NCBI GenBank assembly: GCA_023920165.1
Contig: CP089275.1
Location: forward strand, 4,588,001-4,652,000
Direction of reading: 5' to 3'
DNA from: Curvularia clavata
Taxonomy: Eukaryota
Length of the DNA stretch: 64,000 nt
The notes beneath the pieces are model-generated. The model was not told the DNA's origin and did no database searches. It worked only from the letters and a program-made list of their open reading frames with translations. Made by a program: the position numbers and the translations under genes. Positions 1 to 12,803 of the stretch are shown piece by piece (position 1 is the stretch's first letter; each line of letters begins with the position of its first letter).

Positions 1-614
<614 letters not shown>

Positions 615-2628
615 ATTCTTCAAGACTAGCATAGCTTTGAAGGCCTCAAGCAGGGGGTTGGAGACGAAGGGGTGTGGTGCCGGTTGCCTGGTGTGCTAGC
701 TAAGCTAGTGGCTTCTTTTCTGTATATATTATCGTCGTGGTCTGCGCGCGCTTTGTCTATAGCTTAACAATGTCAAGATCTTGCCATTACTCCTTGAAGG
801 CTCATCCTGCTTGGTTTGCACGTGAAATGGTGATATCTTGCGACTCTTAATGGATATCGAGAATAGATTGTGCTGACGAGCTGAATTCCCTAAGTTATAA
901 GTCTCCCGACGAAGACGGGCCCGCTCTGTGTGTGTGTGGATTGCACTCAGCAGAAACTTTTCTGCCTGTAGCAATCACTGATCAAAAAGATGTCCCTTGT
1001 TGATGTGCCAATGTCACAAGCTGCCTTGCGTTTGTTGGACTATTCCTATTTCAGCCACATTCACCTTCACTGCCAAAAAAAAAGACGCAGTAAGAAGCAA
1101 AAATCAAGCGTTTGCCTCTCCCCCCAGCTTTTGATATTTCTTAGAATCGAACAGGGTATCCTTCTAGCTACGACACCGGTATTATTTCTATCCTATAACC
1201 TGTTAGCAGGGGGAGGGGGTTTTGTTTTGGGGGAACCCAGTGTCGTGTTGTGCTAGAAGACCACCCAACTAATGCTGAGAGGAGAGGCTTGCTTGATAGT
1301 AGGACGCAGGATCTTGCAATGTATATATTGCATGACGAGGGGCACTAGGTAGTAGTGAGAGTAACCAAATATCGGGGCGTTTGTAGGGATATGCGAGGTT
1401 ACCGAGCTGCAAACGGATCAACAACTACGGCACCTACAGTCTTTCAGGATAAGTGACGCTTCTATGTCAAACAAGCGGCCAGGCTTGTAGGGTAGTCATG
1501 TATTACCTCGTGTCATGACCACATTGCTGTATTCTCTACACATAACGAATAGTTCGCCAGATGCCAACCAACACCGTGTATCATCACTGCACGACACACA
1601 ATTAGCAGAGGGATTGCATCGAACTAACAACCAAGGCTCATGAAAATGGTAAAATCTCAAGCATTCACCTGGAACCCTTTGGTAAAGTCATATTGCAGAG
1701 CCCACAAATGATTCAACACTCTTCGATGCCTCTGTTAGCCCAAGCCAAAGTCAACAAGCCGTCACAATCAAGCTCAAGAGATAGTACGCAGCCAGGATAA
1801 CAAAACAGGGATCTAATATTCCCGTGGGCTGCGTCGTCGCAATGCTCTCGCCTCCTGTATCAGCGCTTATATATCCGTAGCGCTTGCACTACCATGACAT
1901 GTCAGTCGAGGCCCACACAAGGATAGATGGCGTTGAACAGCACACAAGCGATTCTGGTAACACAAATGAGTGGCTGATAACCCCATATAGTGGTCTAGCA
2001 GCCCGAAGTTCTCCTATTTTGAGATTTTGACTCTATATACTTTTTGAGACGCGTCAATGTTGTTAATGTATTTGACATTTTCTCTCGTATTAAGGAAGAG
2101 ATGCAGGTGGTCAAAGATGTTAATCTCGCCTGCTGGCGAATTTCTTCTGGGCAAGGACAAAATCTTGTATCTATTAATCCGCGAACTCCAACGAACATGA
2201 CGCATATTTCCTTCTATTTATTACATTACCGTGGTATAGTGGTAGGCGGGATTACAGTTCGGGTTAAGCGTCGACACGTAAGCGCAACAAAGTATACGAT
2301 GCTATTATCAAAAGTTTGTCATGCTGAACTCTTATTCAAATAAACGTTTCTTTTAATTTGACGTAAGCGCACCGAAGTATACTCCGACTATCGCGCGCCA
2401 TCCGCTATCTGTGCAAAAACGCGGGATTGAATAGTTAATAGGTAGCCACTCCGTTGCACTTCACTCGCTAACCCTCTCTCCGTCGGAAAAGATAAGACGA
2501 GTGCATGTATGCCACACCGCTCGACAACGTGCTTTAAATGCACGCATGTCCTCAGATATGCTACGTGACGTGTTCGGATATATTCCTCATATTTAGTACT
2601 ATCATAATCAACTAGTTAAAAAAACACA

Positions 2629-4095
2629 ATGTCTCGACCGTACGACAATGTCAATGCTGAGCAACTTCAACGCGATGCGGACGACTGCTTGCTTACTTAC
2701 GGAACTGCTTTCCACCCAGAAATTATTACGTCCACCGATGGTATTTATGTAGAAACTGCCTCTGGCTACCGGATGATGGATGTATGTTGGATCCATCTCA
2801 CGCTAGAGGGAAATTATCTAAGAGAACTATGCTAAGCTCTACTTCTGCAGTTCACTTCCGGCCAAATGAGCACATTAATCGGTCACGGGCACCCTGAAGT
2901 CGTCAAGATAATTCATGCCCATGCACAACATCTTGACCACCTCTTCAGCGGCATGATTAGCCCTCCCGTGATCAGTCTCGCAAAGCGCTTGACTGGTGTC
3001 GCGCCAACCGGCCTCGACAAAGCATTCTTTCTGAGTACCGGCGGCGAGAGCAACGAAGCCGCCATTCGCCTAGCCAAATTTTACACTGGAAAATTCGAAA
3101 TCGTCGGCCTCGCGGCGTCCTGGCATGGTATGACGGGTGCATCGCTCGGTGCTCAGTATCATGCCGGTCGCTCAGGCTATGGACCAAACATGATTGGAAA
3201 TCTGGCGCTGCCGACACCAAATTCATACCGCTCGATCTTCCGACACGCAGATGGGACGTATGATTGGAAGACGGAGCTAGACTATGGTTTTGATCTGTTA
3301 GACAAACAGTCGTGCGGTTCGCTCGCAGCAGTTATTGTCGAGCCTATTCTCTCCAGCGGCGGCATGTTGGAACTACCACCAGGCTACCTCAAAGCCCTGA
3401 AAGACCACTGCGAGAAAAGGGGTATGCTGTTGATCGTAGATGAGGCGCAAACCGGACTGGGCAGAGCAGGCGACATGTTCGCGTTTGCACACCACAAAGA
3501 AGACGAGGGCGTCGTCCCGGATATCCTAACGCTGAGCAAGACACTTGGAAACGGTATCCCGCTCAGTGCCGTCCTGACGTCGAACAAGGTCGCCAAGCAC
3601 GCCAAAGACAACGGCTTTTTGTTCTACACGACGCACATCAACGATCCACTCCCCGCTGCCGTCGGTGACAAAGTCCTTGAAATCGTCATTCGAGACGACC
3701 TCTGCGCACGCTCCAAGCGTCTCGGCATCAAGCTACAAGCAGGACTCAGGCGGCTGCAGTCCCGCTACGGATGCATTGGCGACGTGCGTGGGCGCGGTCT
3801 GATGGCAGGTGTTGAAATTGTGAGTGACAGGTTGACCAAAGCTGGTGCACCCCAAGTCGGCGCTGCCGTGTCGCGCAGAATGGAGCAACTGGGACTATGG
3901 GCGCAGCTGGCTACCATGGCGTCTTTTGGTGGCGTATTTAGGATCGCGCCCCCGATTACTGTTACTGAGGAACAACTGGATCTGGCACTGGCAATTATTG
4001 AGGAGGCGTTGAGGTCAACGCCGGGTACCATGCCATTATATACAGAGGACGATGTGGCGTCAAATAGCAAGGCAGCTGTAAAGCCTAGAATCTGA
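2629..4095 (+). CDS. Class-III PLP-dependent aminotransferase, probable 2,2-dialkylglycine decarboxylase
   Basis: Exons 2629-2781 and 2851-4095. The splice gives MMD|FTSGQMSTLIGHGHP; also LSTGGESNEAAIRLAK, DEAQTGLGRAG and the PLP-lysine motif LTLSKTLG. The DFTSGQMS motif is characteristic of DGD. Confidence 0.88.
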
Positions 4096-4851
4096 GCTGG
4101 GTGTGAATGGTTCCGCTAGGGAGAGTGGAGTAGTGCCGGTTGTTCTATATTTATCTACTAAGCTAAGTCATGGCGGTTGCTTGCGTTTCTTTTTCCGAGG
4201 GCGGCGCCTTGGCTGCAGGATGCACGTTTGTCGTGTGATTACATTGGAAAGGATAAGTCTGCTACCATCCGTACATCTAGTTACCATGGCGACAAAATTA
4301 CTTTGACCAAAGCTGTCCATTCCACATGCAAGGCCCTCTTTTCAGTCCTTGGTGTACCGATATAATCAAATGAAGCTGCACATCTCAAAGTCGAGATGCC
4401 GCTACAAACATCAAGTGATGGGTCATATAGGTAATTTGAATAGATTGTGTAGATCAGTGACATTCACAAACCATGAAGGGATTGACATTGTTTTGGTGTT
4501 GGTTCATCGTGTAGGCGATCTGAAGCAGAGGTTCGCGTTCGTAATGCACCCTTAAAAGGGAAGCCTGTTAACATTTTAGCAGCTCAAATTAGGTGCAGTC
4601 AAGTATCTACCAATCAGAACTATGTTAAGAAGAACATAGATAAAGAAGACAAGGACAAGATCAAAAAAAGATTGTTAGAGTTGAAGAAAGAAAGGATGAA
4701 GCTAATGAAGTGAAGTTCATAGCTATAGGTCTTATTTAGACAGTGCAGTGCTATCACAAGTAAACGCGTAGACGAGGTTCTCTTACAGCCGCAGCTTCAG
4801 CTGCAGACTATAAGTAGCATACCATATCCTAAATACAACAATAGCTAATAA

Positions 4852-5415
4852 TCATTGCGGCATCAATTTTGATTTAGAAAGCAGCGAGGACTTATTCAGA
4901 GTGAGTTGAGGCTCAGACTGGAAAACAAGAGGCTCAGCCTGAGAAAGTGGAGGCTCAAACTGAGTGAGCGGAGGCTCAGACTGAGCGAGTAGACAGATAG
5001 TGAGGCAGACTGAGAAGACCACAAAGACCCAGAGTCCAACAGTGATCCATGCCTTCCTTTTAGTTTTAGTTGCTTCCTTCATATCTTCCTCGAATTTGAC
5101 TTGACGCATCCTCGCTTCTTCGCAGAATTGAAGTAGGCGCTGTTTCACCTCTTCCTGGGCTTTAAATTCCTGGATAGCCATTTTGCGTTCATTCATGTTG
5201 CCCTTTCCTAGGCGTATCGGAGCGAGCGGATCGGGAGAATCGGGCGAGTTGGCGTCATTGTCATGGTTGGATGGCTGCCATTGGATAGCCACAGTGCCTA
5301 GATCGTAGAGATTAGTAAAACCCAAGTGCTGGAGGACTTGATGCTACAAGAATAGTTCGTAGTCAGGTTCATGATGTGTGTAGCTGATACTGGGCTGACT
5401 ATGAGAGGAGGATTA
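4852..5415 (-). pseudogene. Probable decayed orphan gene (coiled-coil stretch, one TM helix, heptad repeats)
   Basis: 157-codon open frame beginning at TTG, with in-frame TAG (5344-5346) and TAA (5413-5415) upstream; AT-rich surroundings. Confidence 0.35.
4900..4983. repeat. 4 x 21-bp imperfect tandem repeat
   Basis: Units agtgagttgaggctcagactg / gaaaacaagaggctcagcctg / agaaagtggaggctcaaactg / agtgagcggaggctcagactg; encode QSEPPLT-like heptads on the minus strand. Confidence 0.85.
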
Positions 5416-5669
5416 TGAATAGGGCTGAAATTTCCCAAATAAAGTTCTTATTCTAGACACACTGAAACTTAGGGTACAGGTGCAGTTCCTTTAAACGTAA
5501 TGGTAAGCTACGAACCATGGGTAGTACATCACACATTAGTAGACTGGTAGCCAACGAGAACCTGGACATAAAGTTCAATCTACCTCCATGGACACAGCTA
5601 AGCACTTTCTTGCAATAAAATGTCTGAAAATGTTTAAGCCATAATACACCATCATCGCAGCCAAACATC

Positions 5670-6951
5670 CTACATCCGCTCGCTCGACAGCTCATTAACA
5701 TTGGCTGGCACCGCAGGCGTTGGACTAGGTGAATACTGCGGCACGGGGCTCACCGGCCCATTATCTGCGTGATATGAATGCGTTTGAGGACCCATAGCAG
5801 GAGTCTTTTCTGGAGGTGGCGCACCATAGACGGCTTGCGGCTGCTGCGCATATGCCGGCTGGGCATTTGGGTCGTAAAAAGGCTGTGTTGGCGCCTGTTG
5901 CGCGCTGGGATCGTAGTGACCGTATGGCTGGGGAGGCACCTGCTGAACCTGTGGTTGGGGAATAGGCTTCTGCTCGTGGTAGTATTGAACACCAGCAGGG
6001 GGCTGCTGAGCGTTTTGTTGCATAGGTGGGGGTGGACCCGGAGTGGCTTGCTGGACAGTGTTGTTGGAGGCAGACTGGTTGCGCTTCTTGCGTAAGACGA
6101 ACCAAACACCGAATATTATGGCGGCTAGAACAGCTAAGCCACCGACGACACCACCAACTATAGCCCCAATTGGAGTTGACTTCTTCTTTGAGCTCGGTCT
6201 TGAGCTGTCGTTTTGGCCGAAGCCTGGTCCTGAATCGTCAATAGTAGATGCCGATGCGACGTTAGAAGCCGAGGCGAAGGATAGGCTGACTGGCTTAGCA
6301 CTAGTTTTCGTTGTGCCTGTGGCCGATACGGCGCCTTTAAAATATTTTGTCAGTGAAGCTATCATGCGATAGTAAAGAGATGCACTCACCTGGTGTAGGG
6401 GTGGTCATATAGATGATACCACCGGTGCTCGTCTTCGCATCACACCAAAAGTTTGTCAGAGGGTTTTTGTCGTTGATGTCGGTTTTCAGTTCCCAGAAAC
6501 TACATGTGCTAGACGCTCCTCCGCTATGAAACAAGAGTCAGTACCTGTGGCTAAGATGGGATAGAATACTTTATGAATTGACGTACCAAAAGAGTGAAGA
6601 GGTCGATAAGATGACATAATCGCCTGAACAGGAGAAAAATGTGCATGGCTTTGCCGGATCGCAAATCTGGAATAGGTTGCTGGACGTGGCAATGGCATTG
6701 CCTTGTTCATTTGCTGTGATAGTATCCCCTTGGATGGGTCAGTGGTGATGAATGGGCCGGGCTGAAGGTTGTAACTCACAGTATGTGGTGCCATCGTATT
6801 CGCGCGTCGAGATGTATCCAATCGTAGTGACGGCTCTCTTTAGAATAGCTGGTGCTGGGGTGATTGTGGCCTCGGGCGCTGACATGACAGCAGCGGCACC
6901 ATGTTGAGCAAGAAGGGCGAGTAGCAAAGGACCGAGCATAGCGGATGCCAT
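5670..6951 (-). CDS. Type I membrane protein: signal peptide, small Cys-containing ectodomain, Ser/Thr stalk, TM helix, Pro/Gln/Tyr-rich tail
   Basis: Four exons joined by GTGAGT/GTACGT/GTGAGT introns. N-terminus MASAMLGPLLLALLAQHGAAA; TM TPIGAIVGGVVGGLAVLAAIIFGVWFVL followed by RKKR. Confidence 0.8.
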
Positions 6952-7791
6952 GGCTATGAAACTGACAAAAGTGCGGCAAAAGGCAGAGGGAAAGCCAGTG
7001 ACTAAATGCAGACTTGACCCCAGCCAGTTGCCTACAAATTGGGCTACAAGCGATGCTAAATGAAGTGCCGTCAGGCGGGCAGGGGCCCGCTGAGGCTTGC
7101 ATGTCAGTACAAATACGGGATGAATACAACCAAAGGCTGATCAGCTGGAATAGCGTGCCAAGAAAGTTAGTTAACCTAAACAAATGTAGGTGAATCTTGC
7201 AGCAACAGCGCGAGTTTGCAAAGTTCCAACATTCACGACACGACAGTTGTTTTTCGTGCGTCTTGGGCGTTCAAGATGGCCGTTTCTGCCGTTAATCCTT
7301 GTGTCAGTCGATCTCTGCGTTTGCTCGACGCAGGGACAGTCGGTTGTACAACAAACATGGCGTTGTGAAGGTCCAGGGTAAGCGAGAGCTGAGCTAGGAG
7401 AGCCAGCAGGCGGTACCCGCATCGCGTATCCCAGGCGTGTGATTGGCCTCAGTACCAGCCGCTAGTCAGTCAATTCTCCTGTTGCGGCGACCGCCAGGCT
7501 CCCGTCGGTCACTCTCGCGGTCTACCTGGCTCACCGGTCCCTACGTAGTAACTCCTTCTGTACAACACGGTCTGCTTCGCCCCTCATTCAAAGTAAAGTT
7601 TCGCATCCGGGTCAGCCTTGTACACACACCGTGGTCGGTCCAGGAGCAAGATCCCGTATGAGCATGTTAGGGCAGGGATGTGTGGCACAGTGGATCTTTG
7701 CTCGTGCACGTGGGCGCTTTCAAGCCTTTCATTACACGGTCGTTATGTTTTTCTCTTAACTATCTCTTTCTTGCGCCCCCTCTACACTGTG

Positions 7792-9616
7792 CTAATGTCC
7801 GTGTCCGTCATCACCACCGCCTTGCTCCTCCGGATCCAGCTTGATGAGGGTATCGATTCGCATAATGGCAACACACGCCTCCACTGCAGACTTCAATTGC
7901 TTGACCTTGCTCATGCTAGGTTCCAGAACACCAGCCTTGAGCGTGTCGTGTACCTTGCCATTGGTAAGATCCAAGCCGTAGTTCTTGTAGTTCTTGGACT
8001 TTGCAAGCTGCTTGGCGTCTTGCGATGAGGGATCTGCTGGGTTCACTGTGCGTTGGGAGAGAGCGTGTCGCGACCGCAGGTTGGCGACAAGTTCAGTGGC
8101 ATCCTTAGCTGCGTTGATTGCAAGCGTCTTGGGAATGGCCAGTAGAGATTGTGCAAAGGCAGCTATCGCAAGCTGCTCACGAGAGCCCTAGATGCCTGTT
8201 TAGCCCTGAAATTGTGTCAAGGGGAATACGAATCAACTCACCACTGACGTTGCCCACTCCTCCAGGTAGATGTGCAACGCAGTCTCGACAGCACCGCCAC
8301 CTGGCACAATGCGTCCACTCTCCAGCGTGCGCTTGACGGCAGATAGCGAGTCGTGCACTGATCGCTCCATCTCGTCGAGAGCGTAGTCGTTTGCTCCTCG
8401 CAGGATGATGGATGCAGAGGAGAAAGCCTTGGTGCCCTTCACCAGAATGCACTCATCGTCCGAGATACGCTCTTGTGATACCTCCTCTGCGTAACCCAAG
8501 TTCGCTGCCTCAAACTTTTCGTCACCGTTCAGGTCGGACAATGTGCTGACCAGGGTGGCTCCAGTGGCCTTTGCTATCCTTCGGAGATCCTCCTTCTTAC
8601 ATCTTCGTACTGCCATGGCGCCCTTCTCGACAAAGTGCTTCAGGCAAAGATCGTCGATGCCCTTTGTGGTCAGGACGACATTGGCTCCAGCCTTTAGGAT
8701 CATTTCAATACGCTCCGTGACGATGCCTGCCTCACGCTCACGAATCTTCTCCAGCTGTTCTGGGTCGTCAATGGTGATGTGCACACCCAACTTCATCCGC
8801 TCCTTCTGCAGGTTAATGTCCAGACAGGCAATCTTGGCGTCGGTGATGCGTGTCTTCATGGCTTGCGAGGCAACTGTGCAGTTGAGGGCATAGCCCTTGA
8901 CAAGTATTGACTGAGTGGCGCTCTGGCCATGCGCCTTGAGAATGTTGACGGCCTTTACTGGGTATTTGACCTCGTTCTTGTTGTTTGTCATCTTAACGGC
9001 CGTCATGGCGTCTACGACCATGTTGGCGAAGAAATCCGAGTCGGAGCCGATGATCTTGCTAGACATGGACGTCTTTGCAATGTTAACGAGCGAGTCGCGG
9101 CCCAGAGCATCGACCTTTGTGCTGATGTTCTCGTTCATGTACTTGACCGCCTCCCTCAGTGCCAGCCTGTAGCCTGTAATGATAGTGGTGGGATGGATCT
9201 TGTTCTTCATGAGCTCGTTGGCTCTCCGCAGCAACTCGGCCGCTATTATGACTACCGATGTTGTGCCATCTCCAACTTCCTTGTCCTGCTGTTGTGCGAG
9301 GTCGACGAGGATTTTGCCTGCGGGGTGCTCAATGTCGAGCAGACTGAGGATGGTGGCGCCGTCGTTGGTGACTGTCACGTCGCCAATGTCGTCAACCATC
9401 ATCTTGTCCAGACCCGAGGGCCCAAAGGATGATTTGACGACATTTGCAATCGCTGTCGTGGCAAGGACGTTTTGGTCGCGAATGTCCTGGCCACTGATTT
9501 TCTGGCCTCCAAGGACTGTTATCCCGGTTAGCCCGTCGTTCCTGTTCCCAATGCTAGAGCTCCCCAGGCTTACACAGAGTCCCTCCGCTGCGTGACTGCT
9601 CAAAAATTCCTGCCAT
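7792..9616 (-). CDS. TCP1: T-complex protein 1 subunit alpha (CCT/TRiC chaperonin)
   Basis: MAGIFEQ...[55 protein letters not shown]; introns near 9518-9573 and 8188-8240. Confidence 0.97.
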
Positions 9617-10120
9617 TTGGTCGTCTCCTAAGCTGTTTCGCTGTGTTGTTTGCTGCCTCTACGCGGTCCAGAAAATCTCCAACCAAGCAGCTTGCCCGCC
9701 GCCCGCGTCGGCGAATTGTAGCTCCGCCGTTGTGCCAGTCGCGCTAGAGCGGACCCTTGCACCGATGACTCGGCCCCTCCACACATTTGGCTGTGTGCTC
9801 ACACGAGACTGCAACCTAGGCCGCCCTTCGTATCTGCTTGAGCCCTTTGCTCGTAGCTGTGACTTGCCTTCTCGCTTCCACCCACAACGAGTTCTTAAAT
9901 CAACTTTTCGCTCCTCAATTGCATGTAAGCATTGCACAGTCGCGTCAGGATACCCCGCCTGCCCCGCCAATACCCCCTATACTTTCTGTACTTGTCACAT
10001 ATAGACCATATCCCGTCTGAATACCTCACCCATCTTGGTATTGAGCCCCAGAATACTGCTGGGCCTGCCGTCGCTATCCTTCTCTTAGCAACCGTGCTAA
10101 CATTGGTCGTCTACAGCAGC

Positions 10121-11967
10121 ATGGCCGAAGCCACAGCAGCCGACGGTCAGATGAAGGATCTTTCCCTTTCGGAGACCAAGAAGAGCAAGAAGGATGGCAA
10201 TCCCCAGAAGGCTGCCAAGAAGCCCCAGCAGCAAAAGAAGAAGGTCAGCTACACCGATTCGAGGCGCGTTTGGAGGTTTCGTCGTGTTGACTGTGCGACA
10301 GATTGAGGGATCCGCACTGATCGGCATCGATGTCGCGAAAGAGGTCGACTTGGGAGAATGGTACCAGCAGGTCATCACCAAGGGCCAGATGATCTCGTAC
10401 TACGACGTTGCCGGATGCTACATTCTCGAACCCTCCTCCTATGCCATTTGGGAAAACATCAAGGCCTGGTTCGACTCGCAAATCAAGACACTTAAGGTCC
10501 GAAATGCCTACTTCCCAATCTTCATCAGCTCAGACAACTTGGAGCGAGAGAAAGAGCACGTTGAGGGTTTCGCTGCTGAGGTCGCCTGGGTCACCAAGGG
10601 TGGCAAGTCTGATCTGGAGAGGCCTGTTGCTGTGCGCCCTACTTCCGAGACCGCCATGTATCCCTACTTCGCCCGCAAGATCCAATCCCACCGCGATCTG
10701 CCTTTGAAACTTAATCAATGGAACAACGTCGTGCGGTGGGAGTTTAAGCGTATGGTTCTGACAATGTTTCTCTTGACACTCTATCTAACCTTTTTCTAGA
10801 CCCTATGCCCTTCATCCGATCGCGCGAGTTCCTCTGGCAAGAAGGTCACACTGCACATCTTACAAAGGAAGAGGCTAGCGCCGAGGTTCTGCAGATTTTG
10901 GATTGGTACTCCGATGTCTACCAAAACCTGCTCGCGGTCCCCGTTGTTAAGGGTACCAAGACCGTCAACGAGAAGTTCCCTGGAGCCGACTACACCACAA
11001 CCATCGAAGGTTTCATTCCTGCAACGGGTCGTGGCATCCAAGCCGCAACTTCCCATTGCCTAGGTCAGCACTTCTCAAAGATGTTCAACATTACAGTTGA
11101 GGATCCTCATGCCAAGGAGTCTGGAAAGTCGGAGCACGTCCACGTCTGGCAAAACTCTTGGGGTTTGACCACTCGCTCGATCGGTGTCATGATTCTGACT
11201 CACGGTGACAACCGTGGTTTGGTCATTCCTCCTCGTGTGGCTGAGATTCAAGTTGTGGTTATCCCTGTGGGTGTCACAGCCAAGTATGTTTTGTCTATTA
11301 TATTTCTAAGGAATGCATCGCTAACTTCAACAGGATGTCTGCTGAGGACAAGGAAAGCCTTTACAGTAAGGTCCAAAAGATTTCCGATGACTTGACGGCC
11401 GCAGGCGTTCGCGTTGAGACAGACTACCGCGAAGGCTACTCTCCTGGCTGGAAGTTCAACGACTGGGAGCTTAAGGGTATTCCTCTCCGAATCGAGTTCG
11501 GTCCCAAGGATGCTGAGAAGGGTGTTGTTACTACCTCGCGTCGTGATATCGACGACAAGGATGCTGCGCGCGGTACCATCAATGTTGATGACCTCACACA
11601 AGAAGTTCCCAAGCTGCTCGAGCAAATTCAGAAAGACATGTTTGAGAAGGCCGACCAAAACTACCGCAGCCACCGCGTTCAGCTCACCAACTGGGATGAT
11701 TTCGTTCCTACCCTCAACAACAAGAACGTTGTTCTGGTTCCCCACTGTGAGGGTGACAAGTGTGAGGACGAGGTCAAGGCCAAGAGCGCGAGGACAGCAT
11801 TGGGCGATGGTGTTGCTGAGGACAAGCAGGCTCCTGCCATGGGCGCAAAGAGTTTGTGTATTCCTTTCGAGCAGCCTGAGGGAATCGAGCCTGGTAAGAC
11901 CAAGTGCATCAACCCCAGCTGCACCACTCCAGCCAAGCAGTGGATCCTGTTCGGCCGAAGCTACTAG
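10121..11967 (+). CDS. Cytoplasmic prolyl-tRNA synthetase (eukaryote/archaeal type)
   Basis: Motifs [55 protein letters not shown]-terminal LFGRSY*; three coding introns (10244-10301, ~10750-10799, ~11285-11334). Confidence 0.97.
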
Positions 11968-12803
11968 TGGGGTGCTGTCAGTACGGGGTTGTGGCGTCCT
12001 GTCTTATTTGAGTAATTGGTCGCATTGGAGTTTCATGGCAAGGCCACGTCATGGGGAAGAAGTCGTGATTACATTAGCCATTTTCAAGTTTTACAAAGTT
12101 CGATACTGCCTCTGACAGAGACTCAAAACGTCCGTGTCTTGGCCAAAGCTGTCTCTTCATATGCACTATCCTTGCAGGAAGTCAGTGAGCGGTATATAGC
12201 ACAGTCGCGAGTGAGATGATCTAGGCGAGCCAAGAGGTTGGCATAGCATCTGCTTATATCAAACAGCAATCTGACAGGATTTCGTCAAAGTCTTGTGTCA
12301 CCATGTACACGGCTTTCGTACATGGTATACGGCCATGCTGTACTAAAGTGCCTGTGTTACTAAATCCCAGCCATAGTTGCTTTCGGGCACTGAACGCACA
12401 AATGCCTTCGTATTCCAACCCGACTGCTATCTGTCATGTGTCAAAAATGACTCCAAGTCCTCACTACATCCACCACGAAACAGCCCATGCTCCCTTGCGC
12501 TATCATCTGTAAATCCAAAATGACACTCCGCATTAGTCTTACGACTTGCTACGATCAAGTAGACAGCAGCTAAAGAACAGCGGGACGTTACATGCAAGAA
12601 TCTGCAGCACTTCAGCCATGCCAATGGAAAATCAAACACTGAGCTCCGGTATTAAAGGCGGGAACGAGATATTATGACTCTGTATTCATCACATGCACTG
12701 TCGTGCATGCTTCATTGATTCTTTGGATATATACCGTCAGTCATGGATAGTCGTAATCTAGCATTGAGGAGTATCAAGAATCAACGCATTTCTTCCTGGA
12801 GAT

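Noticed and set aside
1995..2343. AT-rich stretch with short ORFs, possibly a decayed gene or transposon
   Set aside because: No recognisable transposase, RT or transcription-factor motif; it cannot be supported without a search.
9732..9924. Upstream ORF as a mitochondrial targeting exon for ProRS
   Set aside because: Splicing from 9924 to either acceptor (10116 or 10119) is out of frame with the ATG at 10121.
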